DNA of 63,563 nucleotides, counting the filler, from Kipferlia bialata (taxonomy: Eukaryota): the NCBI GenBank assembly GCA_003568945.1. It is 7 parts of 7 records of this genome, joined end to end, with 100 filler letters (N's around TTAATTAATTAA, not from the genome) between each part and the next. Parts side by side here need not be neighbours in the genome. Positions count along the whole stretch, not along the records: positions 1 to 10,227 come from BDIP01001473.1; positions 10,328 to 20,527 come from BDIP01001474.1; 5 more parts are not named here. One strand, written 5' to 3'. A program made the translations under genes and the position numbers. Shown piece by piece: positions 1 to 11,310 of the stretch (the first letter of the stretch is position 1; each line of letters opens with the position of its first letter). Below the pieces are notes generated by a model. That model did no database searches, was not told where the DNA came from, and saw only the letters and a program-made list of their open reading frames with translations.

Positions 1-52
<52 letters not shown>

Positions 53-72
53 ACCATAAATGGAAGCCATAC

Positions 73-2681
73 CTGACCGAAGAGGTATGCGTCACGCTGG
101 GAGAGCCCCCCCGTGCTGCCTATCCCCATGACACCGCTGATGGGCATAGAGACATGCTCCAGTGCATCGGAGGGGGTGAGGGAGAGAGAGAGGGCGGCGC
201 TGACCTCAGAGGTGGAGGTACCATCGGCTCCCATAGCAGCAGCGATGAGGCCTGGTGGGAAGAGGCAACAAAAGGGACCCTGTAAACATACTTGCATCCA
301 CGAGAGAGAGTATATATATATATAACACCACGGCCATTATAACACTGCCCACCTGTGAGGTACCCTCTTCCCTGACCGATCACAGTGATGGGGACAGAGT
401 CATCCACCCTCTTGCCTTGGGGGTGAGGGGAGAGAGGGGGGGAGCATTGACCAATAGACTCTATCACACATCGGAAAGAGATCTCTAGAAAGCCGAGGAC
501 GCGTGTCCATATCCAGTTGTGCACCCACCTAGCCAGCACTCCATGCCTGCAGTGTGGCTGCTTCTGCACGTGGCGTCTGTCTGGCTGTACTGCCTCCACT
601 CAGACGCTAGAGACGAGTGCTGCAGAAGCAGAGAGGCCCTGGGGTGAGGGTGAGGGTGGGTGTGAGTATGGGTATGAGTGTAGTGTCAGAAGGACAGGCA
701 GCAAGTGCATAATTATGACACGTGTATACATGCATGAGCCCCTTCGCACTGCCACTGCCCCCACCTAGCCACCAGGTCCTCCTTGCCAGACCCCTCCGTG
801 TAGAGTCTGTCTGTGGCGCTGATGCCGCTGTTGAGGAAGGACATGTCGGGTATCAGAACCACATACCCAAACCCTGGGTCAGAACAGGAAGTGATATAAT
901 GGAGTGCGAAAGGGAAGTGTGAGGTATATATACCCTGATCTTGGCATCCTACCTACCATATGACACGTCCTACCACCATGCATCATTATACAACCGCACT
1001 TCAACTATATCCAAGCACCCTGGAACTATACACAGTCACCACCTACCTACCAGATTGTGTCCGATGTGTATGTATATATATGTGTGTATATATCTATACG
1101 TACCTGCCAGATGGTGTCCGAGGTTGTTGAGGGTCACGGTGACGTCTGAGGTGTATATGTAGTCATCGTGGACCAGGTACACAACGGGGTACCTGTCATG
1201 TCAGTGTCACACTCTCGGTATATGGAAGTGCCCATACTTGTACATACACGAAGATGAGCATTCCCACATACTCCGGTACTAGGCCTAGTAGCAGTTCAAT
1301 TATCTTACTATCATAAATTAATTAATATGGACGTCAGCCGTATGTATATATACATAGGATGGTTCCGGGGCAGTGTGCCGCCGATACGGCTGATATCAAC
1401 ACACTCAATATACTTCACTGAGTATCACTGTACCTGATGGTATCTGGAAATAGATAAATATATATAAATATATATATAGAGACAGTATGAACAGAATATA
1501 TATCCAATGAGTGTACCTGTTGGTGTCTGCGTATCCCAGTTTGGGGAAGTACACACGTCCACACAGGTTGACCTGGGGTTGGAGAGGTGATAGATGGAGA
1601 GGCCAGTCATATATATCATATATATATATCACAGGTCAAGACTCTGCGTACACCGCCGAAGGGAATACACATACCTCGTCGATGCCGAAGTTGAATGTGT
1701 CTTGTCTGGTGGAGAGAGTCTCAGCGGAGTCAGAGGTGCTGGCCAGGACTGGGTGAGACAGACAGAGAGAGACCAATCACCCTAGCACAAGAGTAAAAGT
1801 GCTAAAGTGACACAATACCCACCAGTCCGGGATTACATATATATACAGACCCCATACTCTTCATTACATATATACAGACCCCATACTCTTCCCCACCTGA
1901 TGACAGGTCGACTGGGCTGGTCTCGACATCCCCAAACAGATACACCGATCCCTCCATGTGGGTGTTGTCGCTGGAGGTCAGGGGCAAAGAGAAACTAGGG
2001 GGCATATACACATACTATAACCCGCACCTGTACACGAGCATCGTGATCTCAGAGCTGTCAATGCCACCTGGAGACAGCAGGTCAAGGGAGATGGAGGGGT
2101 AGAGGCCGGACGGCACGCCAGGCAGTGCTGGGTAGGTCCAGGCGTCTGAGTGGGACGGAATCATAGGGGGGACGATGACAGCCACTAGGCTAAGTAGGGC
2201 AAAGGCCCCGCAGGTCATGCACCCACAACAGGAGGGACGGGAGGCCCAGAGGTGGGTGCAGAAGCAGGAACAGAAGAGCAGAAGGGAGGACACCGACACA
2301 GCCAGCCACGCAAGAGCCGCAGGGGCAAACACATTCCTGAGCAGGTTGTATTGCTCCTTCAGTGTCAGTGTCAGTGTCAGTATCTGATGATCATATATAT
2401 GTATATAGGTATATAATTATAGTGGGATGGTTATGAAGGGGGAGGGGGGTTTCTGACATATGATCACTCACCTGATCCGTCCTGAATAGGAAGTACCAAC
2501 ACACTGCGGCCTCAATGACCAATATCGACCCCAAGAACACTGAAAACAGCTTGCAACTGAAAGCTGAGCCTGTGGCCAGGCCTCCGGACACAGGCTTGAA
2601 CTGCAGCTCGTCCTCAGACAGAGACTCAAGGAGAGCCCCCTTGGAGTCTTCCGTCGCAGGTTGATACTCTAGTTGGGACAT
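73..2681 (-). CDS. Multi-exon membrane protein of unknown function, 3' end truncated at scaffold edge
   Basis: ATG at 2681; exon 2681-2472 (MSQLEYQPATED...FLFRTDQ, GT donor) splices in phase 0 to 2383-2028 (ILTLTLTLKEQYNLLRNVFAPAALAWLAVSVSSLLLF...LVAVIVPP). About three hydrophobic segments, then several further GT-AG exons. No family recognised. Confidence 0.6.
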
Positions 2682-3099
2682 GCACAGAGTGACTCTGTGA
2701 GTCAGGTGAACAGTGTGCCTTCAGTGTGGGGGGTGGATGGATAGCCCCTCAAGGTTTTTGACAAAGACACGTCTATACCCGTTTGTATGATACACGTAGG
2801 TCTATTGAGAAGATACATATATATTTAATAATAATACTTTAGATTCTAATGGGCCTAATATACTGTGATACATTCATACATGTATAGAGAATGAGTATTT
2901 ATGGATACTGTGTAATAATATAGTGCGTATCTGATCCATATGAATCTGATAACAATATGAACAGATTTGTGAATTTGATAATACATTAGTACTCTATAAT
3001 ATACACTATAATAGCACTGCTAGCAGCATAGTATCAGACCATAAATATCGAGTAATAGTAGAAGAACCCTCACATAGAGTGGTGTATACAGAACACACA

Positions 3100-5320
3100 A
3101 CACACTGTCTAGAATCGATGGGACTCTACTGACTGGCCCAGTCAGACTGGGTGATGAATGACACAGGCACATGACGGTCTAGGAGGCGATAAAGAATCGA
3201 CCACAGGCTCAGGTAGCCACAGACAGAAGCGGTAGTCCCGAGAATGACTCCCTGGTAGGTATCACACGGTGACGGTGACCATACTCTACATACACGCACC
3301 CAAGGACCCAGAACTAAGGCTTCGCATAGTAAACTTGTGGTAAGGTATTATAGTGTTCGCATTCCTGAGCCAACTCACTAGACTAGGCCTAGTAATACGA
3401 ATCCCACCATATTCTACCTGACGAATCACGTGGCTGGAATCGGACTGGCCCAATCATTGGCCACCTCCTATATGGTCAGGGCAGGATGTAATAAGAGAGC
3501 ACTACTGATAGAAGTATTCCGGTTGTGTGCTTGGTGAACAAGAGACGTGGTAACCCCAAGACCATTGTTCTGATAATCATATAGTATATAATCATATAGT
3601 TACCCCTACTGTGGGCCTAAGGTCTTACAATCAGAAGTGGACTCAGATAACGGATGATAAAACGCCTACCAGTAACCTAGACCCTAAGGAAGGGGGTATC
3701 AATAAAGAAGGATCTCGGTGTACCTCAAATGAATGCCTTGATAACATCCACACTCAATGAGACAAGTCCGTAGATATCCACGTATCCCGTCAATGAATGC
3801 CCGACAATCATGGTAGTAGGGTCAATGTAGGCATTCCTGTCGTCGGACGGTACAAAGAGTCAAATGTATTGGCTACAGAAAAGCAATAGGAACAGAGGGG
3901 AATACTGAAACACTCTGTTCTCTGCCACCAACACCTGAAAAATGCTATACTAACACTATTCGACCAATTATATTGCAATGTAGGCTTCAAAACAAGTGAG
4001 AAGACTATACTAAACATATCTGCCCATCCTATCTCCGGGTGCTTACCTCAGGTGAACTGATTACACAGCAGGTATGTCAGCGATGTGTTGGTAGTAGTGG
4101 TAGCTGAAGAAATCCATGTTTGATCTGATGAGCCCCGGTAAACTGATGGACAACTCATTCCAGGCACAGTATCCACTGTCGAATAGAGAGTATAAAGTGG
4201 CAAGGATTCTTTGAGGTAGACAAAAATACTGCCCCCTTTTATACAGAGTTTCATTACAACACCGACTATACACTACTTGATCTGGCAATAGGGGGCTACG
4301 ACGGCGCTACAAACACTTTTTCTTCTCCTCTTGATAAATTTGGTATCAGATAGAATACATACATAATCACCTCTATCGGGTCCCAGGTTCACTTGGACGA
4401 CATGCACTACCTAGTCGCATGTGTATCATCCACTATCCTACCGATTGGCTGATACACCTACCACAGACACTGAGTGTCACACTCAGTGTCTGTTTGATGT
4501 ATGGTAGTGCCATTAGATGAAGCTGTATTTCCAGTGGGTCAATGAGTCTACTCACCCATTCATTGATCACGTAGGTATGCTGTATGGAACAGTAGACGTT
4601 AGTGGTGGTTCACAGTAGTGTCTATTCGGTCATTAGTTGTGATCCTACTGAGTTTGCACTAAGTACACTGGGATTGAGTCTCAATTAGCAGTAGAAGCTA
4701 CATCTATCTGTATCAGGACCTTACCGGTGTGAAGGCAGGAGACACTAGATGAGACAGAAACGTTTGGAAACGTCTCCCAGTCATATATTCGAGTTTGTCA
4801 GGTTGTAATAGCAATGAGCCCCATGGAAGACAAGAGAGCACGTACACAGCAACATATGGGTCTACTATGACCTCAGATGGGACCCTAGCCAGCAGCCTCC
4901 AAACGTGAGAGTCATAGAGTGAGGTTGATCCTTCCATTCTCCCATACCATCTACTCGCAGGTTTCGTCCTCTCCCATAGCCCACAAACACATAGACGCGG
5001 GGCAACACATCTACTACATACTAAGAGTAGGTTGCCACTGCGACTGCATGACATAATGATACTGTATCCTACTCCACATGACACACTAATTACCAAAGAA
5101 TATACTCACCCCCACCCCTCTAAATATGTCAGTATTGACCACATACGGAACCCATATATACTGGGGTTGACTCTCCAGTGTCTACAGAATACCACACTCA
5201 CGACTGTGAACATGGGTGTTATACCCCATAGATAGACTGGTACTGACTCTCTAGTATGTCTACAGAATACAATACTCACGATTGTGAACATACCCGATAC
5301 AGACTGGTACTGAGGGTATA
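3100..5320 (-). pseudogene. Decayed multi-exon gene, probably class-3 lipase (alpha/beta hydrolase)-like
   Basis: After a GT-AG intron the minus strand reads ...YIDPTTMIVGHSLTG (GHSLTG at 3802-3785)...VIKAFI*GTPR, resembling Lipase_3 GHSLGG...(Y/F)TFGxPR, with in-frame TGA/TAG stops (e.g. 3727-3725). Upstream exon-like blocks have stops in all frames. Boundaries approximate. Confidence 0.4.
4463..4493. repeat. Perfect inverted repeat, 15-bp arms, 1-nt spacer
   Basis: ACAGACACTGAGTGT-C-ACACTCAGTGTCTGT. Confidence 0.9.
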
Positions 5321-5442
5321 GTTCTCTAGCCCAAGGACACGTCACTAGACTATACTATACCGAAACGATTGTCTCAACTCGCTGGTCCCTAGTAGGGACC
5401 CAACTTGTACATATATAATATACATCCAGCCGAATCAAACAC

Positions 5443-5481
5443 CTCCCCGATGCTCTGATTACTGATTAGAGCATCGGGGAG
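5443..5481. repeat. GC-rich stem-loop, 14-bp perfect stem
   Basis: CTCCCCGATGCTCT (5443-5456) pairs with AGAGCATCGGGGAG (5468-5481); a smaller hairpin GGTCCCT-AGT-AGGGACC lies at 5384-5400. Confidence 0.85.
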
Positions 5482-5920
5482 ATACCTAGGTCTAAATCTG
5501 AGACCGTGTAAGTAGTTACTCGATGATGACTGTCGACGAAGCAGCCAACCAGGAACCCCCAGTGGATACTAGGTCCGGGAAATACAATTACAGAGTGGAG
5601 CTATTATAGTATTCTACTCATTCTATATTCTACTCCTCAGAGAAAGTCCTCAGAGTACGTGCATCTGTAATATGTATCAATATATATTCAAGGACCACTT
5701 ATACTGTTGCACTATATCTTCCTTCGCCCAGAATCTACTTCAGTGCTGTCTACTCTATTACTCTACCTGACAAGGTATTCTTGTCTTGAGAAGAAGCTGA
5801 ATGAATGAAGCAACGAATTGCAATAAATAGTTATATAGAAAACATGACGATAGCTGATCGACAGTATTGCAAAAGTGAGTTAACTGCCAACAAAACATCA
5901 TAATGAAGAGAGAACACCCA

Positions 5921-7099
5921 TCAGTGTCCGTTAGTCCAGATTCCCTTGTGGATGAGACCGTTCTTGACATCCTGGTAGACAGACTCCTTGTCCTGGGGGT
6001 AGCGTCAGAACAGGTCGCAGTCCCAAGAGTAGAATAGGATCAGTATCAGTATCATAGAGAGTCATAGAGTCATATATCAGAAGTCAAACCACCAAGGCAT
6101 CAGTTCTCCTACCCACCTGCATTGCGTTGACCGTTAGAAGAAGCCTCCCTCCTTCCAAGGCGGCGTATCTGGGATAAGACATAAACTAACCACCAATAAA
6201 CAACAGTACTTATACGTGAAACACTAAAGGAACTACAGAGTTACTATGAGAATATGGTAATACCTCTGTTCTACGGGCCTAGTCTCGGTGGCATACTGTT
6301 CAAAGCGCTTGTCCAACACAGAGACCTTATCATCAGCACGTCCAGAGGTACGTGACCTGGATTGAGGGTCATCGGAAAAGGAATAGAACGACTGATCAGT
6401 TACGCATACACAACAACAACTAGAACAGAGATCTGCCACCTATCCCTACCTCTCACTGAGCCTGAGTCTCATACACTCCTCCGACGAGTCAAGAACGACA
6501 ACGAGAGCCGGAAGGCCGAAGCTAGGATAAGACGCACTCTGATAAAGATCAGGAAGGACGCATATCTATCGTCAGTGATCATTCAAGACACATACCTCTC
6601 AACCCACCCATCATCCTGCTGCAAGGATCTGGGGAATCCGTCGATAAGCACGGCACTGTGCTGCAGGTGAGAACACGGCCAGAAATCAGCGAATATTACA
6701 ATGCAAACAACACGTCACACAATCATAACACCTGTCGTAATTGATAGAAACTAAACATCCTAGGACAGATATTGAGTCATAAGTCGTATCTGGAGCATTT
6801 AGCATTACACAGAAGGCACTTACGTGGGCGTGTGCCTCGAGAGCCCGGCGCATAACGGCCATGCTCATCTCCGGGGGGACAATCACACCGCGGTCAATGA
6901 GCCCAGAAATGGCCTTACCAAGCTCAGAACCACTCTGCTTCTCTGCACGGAGTAGTGAGCCCACAGAAAAGTACACAAAATCGGGGTTCTCAGCAGAAAC
7001 ACGCTGTGAACAAGTACCCTTCCCGGAGCCGGGTCCCCCAAGGAAGAAAACCACAGGTGGGGTAGTCCTAGAGAGAGTGGTGCTGACTGATCCTTCCAT
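5921..7099 (-). CDS. CMPK: UMP-CMP kinase (adenylate kinase family), complete 6-exon gene of 209 aa
   Basis: Exons 7099-6824, 6660-6596, 6521-6450, 6356-6264, 6168-6117 and 5992-5921 join in frame via GT-AG introns. Motifs: P-loop FFLGGPGSGKGT, SVGSLLRAE, LIDGFPRS, short LID SGRADD; TGA at 5923-5921. An upstream in-frame ATG exists at 7144. Confidence 0.93.
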
Positions 7100-7281
7100 T
7101 CGCCCAGAGCACGGCACGGCACGGGAAAAGACACCAAGCTCCATCTCGCAGCAAAAGATTTGCTGCTGAACCCTCAGACAAAAATCGCCGTCTCTATCAG
7201 ACGCTCTGTTGTACGCCTTTTACCAAGTTGGTCCTTCCCTTGTGGGCAATCGTAATTGAAGCTACACCGGTATTTGTACGT

Positions 7282-9488
7282 ATGAGGTCTCCTAGCATCA
7301 TTGGGTTAGTGGCCATATTGCTTGCATTGTGGGTGCAAGCTGTGGACGCCACTACTCTCACTGTGCCACAGTCAGAAGTCGAGACAGCAGCGAGCCTCTA
7401 CCTGGGAACCCTTCTGCAGGTATTAGTGATACATATGGGTAAGGGTATTAGCGATACATGTGTTCAAGGGAATTGAGTCATACGAACCCAGATAGTGACA
7501 GTATGTGTACCCTTCTTCATTTAGCTCATGTACATATACCCCGTGCTCACTCCAGGTTATCAATTCACACCTCACACTGCCTGACGCCTCAGGTCGTTAT
7601 CGTTGGGGACCAGGTTAGCGGTAGAGTATGTTTCGTGAATATATATACGTGATTCGTCTCCTGTCCCTCTCTTATGTTAGCTCTCCTTCATTGCTTTCAT
7701 TGATTCATTATCACTCTTTCAGACCTCACTGGCCCTCACCCCAGTTCCTCCAGTGGAGTGGACCCTTCGCAACTTCAGCCTGCTGGACATCAGTGACGAT
7801 GGGATGGCCGTGCGGGTGACCTCAGGCCAGGATGGGGTGCCTGTGGTAGCTGTGTCTCTCAATGGGGTCGATGTCACAATGAGTGGGAACTGGCAGTATG
7901 CACAGAGGTACTGGGGATGGTGTATGTCCAGTCACCGGTGTCGATTGAATGTCCCCCAGTGGCATGTCTGATATATATATATAGACCCTGTCCCATATGT
8001 GTGTCTTCTCCCCCTCAGGTTCTGGCCCTATCTGTCCGGGTCAGGCCAGGCCCTGGTCTCCGTGACTGTGTCAGGCTCAGTGTCGGTGGGGGTGGGGGTG
8101 GGGGTGGGGGTGGCCATGGGAGGGGCTCACACCCCTGGGCCCATGCACATACAGAGCACTACATGCAACATCAGTGTGTCCAATGTCAAGATTAGGGCGG
8201 TATGTGGCCTGGATATAGCTCTCTCTATGCACTGTCTGCCCCACCCCCCTCATACTGATACTGATACCCTCACCCTCATATATATATATATATATATATA
8301 TATCCCCCCACCTCAGTCTGGCATGGGGGGCACTCTGTTCAAGGTGCTGGAGAGAAGCCTCAAGAGCAGGGTGGCGACTGGCCTCGAGCAGTCTATCGAG
8401 GTGAGAATATGATACTTGGTCGTGCTATAGAGGACGTGTACATTGTATAGATGTATAGATGTTGGTGGGTGTCGAGACTCTGAATGCCAGGCCTTTCTCG
8501 AGGCGAGGGCCCCTGGTATTCTCGATGTGCCTCTGAGACTTGTACATAACGCAGCGCTAGTATCACGTATAGGTACCCATCACGATGTCTCGTTCGCTGT
8601 ATGTGTCATTTCTCCCTCCACCTTTGCATTATCGTTGCAGACTGAGGGCACCACGGATATGTATTATTAGTCTTGCAGGACAACTGTTCATTGTGGTATA
8701 TGACCAAAGTGTGTTAACTCACCTGCAGATGGTACCTATAGCAGTGGCCCCACCTACTCGTGGAACCGGGGCCTCAGGATGCAGTACCCCTCTGTCCCTG
8801 GTGGGTCTCCCTCGGCCGAGGGTGCCGACAGGCCGTGGGAGGGCCAGGGTCTGTCTGTGCACTGGGGCAAGGCCCATGTGGCACAGACCGTGGACTGGGC
8901 AGGTGGGACGGGACACTGTGTATACTCTCTATCTCAAGACTGGCTGTGATACTGGTGCTTTATTATGTCACTGACTCTAGGTACAGTGATATCCACGCAA
9001 GAAGCAGACTCAACAGGGTATATAAGGTCGGTGTTCCTTCGGGAGGGGTCTGAAGCTCCCGTTGTGACTATTGTTGTCGTGACTGGTTCCACAGAGCAAG
9101 AGGTATCGTGTATGTTGGAGATGCATGCCGGCCTGTCCCCTGATGGCGCCTCTACCGTTGTGACACTCGGCCTGTCGCCAGAGGTGTTGGACTCTGGTCG
9201 CCCAGACCTTGCCCCCGTCATATCTCTGGTGGCCGACAGCCTAGGGGCATGCACCGTGGCCCTGCCTCTGTCAGACCTATCGGTCACATGGCGAGATGGG
9301 GTATTTGTGCAGGTAGGGTATAATCCTAACTCTGTATACCTGCATATTTCATAGTTGAGTATAGGTGAATACCTCTCTGAGCCCAGGGAGACTGGGACCC
9401 CTCCACCTTGCTGCATGAGACCCAGATGGCCGGGCTGGCCTATGCGTCCATCCTGCCCCTGGTCAAGAGGGTCCAGGCCACACGCTGA
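7282..9488 (+). CDS. Secreted BPI/LBP/CETP (TULIP)-like lipid-binding protein
   Basis: Signal peptide MRSPSIIGLVAILLALWVQAVDA; spliced sequence includes VEWTLRNFSLLDIS, VTMSGNWQYAQR|FWPYLSGSG, STTCNISVSNVKI and LFKVLERSLKSRVATGLEQSIE, matching the BPI1 domain pattern. Last exon GDWDPST...VQATR ends at TGA 9486-9488. Confidence 0.75.
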
Positions 9489-10227
9489 TCGATGACCCAT
9501 GAGTCCTGACCCGTGACCCATCATCCGTGAGGGGCAGCGCTGCATGGGGTATTGCAGAATCCAGTGTATCCTGAGCCTAGGGGTATATGACACACGCGGC
9601 AGGGTCCACCCTTGTGTTATGTCAGTGGCAGTGGCTGTCTATGCGTGACAGTGTCTGGCTGACACAGTGACACCATGTGGCATGTTGGAGGATGTACCCA
9701 AGCGCTGTCTGATGTTAGTACAGGACCTTGTCCTGCACCGTGAGTATGACGGATGCCCAAGACACTGATGAGACCGCCAGCTTGTCACATGACTGTGTTA
9801 CACAGTCTGTGTATGCAAGGGCGTCCGATGATCGCAGGCAACGTCTTCAACAGTATGGAGTAATGAATATTTACACATTTGTCAGAATCTGACTCACACA
9901 GAGGATAAAGAGCTGATAAACAGAGTTCTGTAACTTACAGGCTGTGAGACAGTATAATAACCCACACCTTGACATTTATGGTACCAATACATATGCGGGG
10001 TGAAGGTCAGTGGATCCAATCCACTAACAGACACGGGCAATAACAGACACAAAAAAGAACGAAAAAGACACAAGAGCACAGAAACACACGGGACACAGGA
10101 GAAAGGGGGAAACAAGGCCAATAGACAGCCAGGAAGGCACACAAGACACAGCCCACAAGAGAAAGGGGGGCAGGAGGGGTCCCTCACACCTCAGTCTGGC
10201 TGGCCCCTGCGTTGAAGTGGGGTGTGC

Positions 10228-10327
10228 NNNNNNNNNNNNNNNNNNNNNNNNNNNNNNNNNNNNNNNNNNNNTTAATTAATTAANNNNNNNNNNNNNNNNN
10301 NNNNNNNNNNNNNNNNNNNNNNNNNNN
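10228..10327. other. Artificial scaffold linker (same at 20528-20627, 30827-30926, 41119-41218, 51404-51503, 61684-61783)
   Basis: 44 N + TTAATTAATTAA (stops in all six frames) + 44 N, identical each time; flanked scaffolds decrease in length (10200, 10199, 10192, 10185, 10180). Confidence 0.98.
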
Positions 10328-10373
<46 letters not shown>

Positions 10374-10489
10374 CTGGAGAGATCACTGAAGAGTCAATCC
10401 GATAATGCTATCACGACCGATACCATACCTAATGGCTACGAAGGTACCAGGAATCAAGATATTGAAAGCCAGAAGATGAGATAGAATAG

Positions 10490-10530
<41 letters not shown>

Positions 10531-11310
10531 CTATAGATAGAGTGAGATACATGGGAGTCAGATATGACACTGAGTCAAGCATGGTCCAGATATCAATACA
10601 CATCCCAAAACACCTCACACCCATGCATATATAGTAGTATATCACGAGGGTATGGCAATAGCAGAATGACATCTCTGGGAGTTGCTTTGTATACTGTAGT
10701 GCGCATGAAATGCTTGTGATATTTTTGGTACATACGTATACTATACAACAATAGGTCAGGTATCAAGACAGGATTGCCCAACTAGACACACGAGACACTG
10801 TGACACCCAATACCCCAGTAATTAACCCTATTAAGACCGATATCCAGCATAGGGTTCTGATGTATTCTCATTCCCAGTGAACATGGGTGTCAATCATAAC
10901 CAGTATACGATATTTACACTCACACATACCGTGTTCTGCACTGCGCTACTCTCCCCCTTTGCAACAGATGACCCTGCTCCCATGTGATATGCACTAGGTC
11001 TCTAAAAGGGACTAAATACAAAAGCTGAGAGAACACTCGAGGCTGCGAATCTCAGAAATCCTTCCGCGAGATCTGGAGGAACGTAAGGGTCTTGACGATG
11101 TTTGACCAAGACGTTTAGTTGCTTGTCACCACTCCATACATAAACACCTCCAGTGAGGACGAAAAATCTATTACACACACGGATACTTGAACAACGAAGC
11201 ATATTACTGACACTTGAAGTATAGAAGGCAGAGATTGAGATATTAGAATTGTATCACTGTCACACACACATCGTGACTCTGCACTAAGCATTCACTCTAG
11301 GTGATGGGTC

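Noticed and set aside
1..51. Poly-G/poly-C runs as telomeres or functional G-quadruplex elements
   Set aside because: They sit at scaffold ends and inside introns, their lengths are unreliable, and no telomeric repeat unit is present.
3785..3810. IVGHSL as a DEDDh exonuclease motif
   Set aside because: No upstream DxE motif was found, and the downstream AFI*GTPR fits Lipase_3 better.
3600..4700. Alternative genetic code (TAA/TAG = Gln, as in hexamitid diplomonads)
   Set aside because: Intact genes end in TAG (28477-28479, 42088-42086) or TAA (62682-62680), the 969-nt ORF has no internal TAR, and the decayed region also has in-frame TGA.
5903..6670. Long plus-strand frame with stops that first looked like a decayed LINE (includes ORF 6362-6670)
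   Set aside because: It is the antisense of UMP-CMP kinase exons 2-6 and their introns.
10272..10283. Recurring TTAATTAATTAA motif about every 10.3 kb
   Set aside because: Always embedded in an identical 44N-12-44N block; a concatenation linker, not biology.
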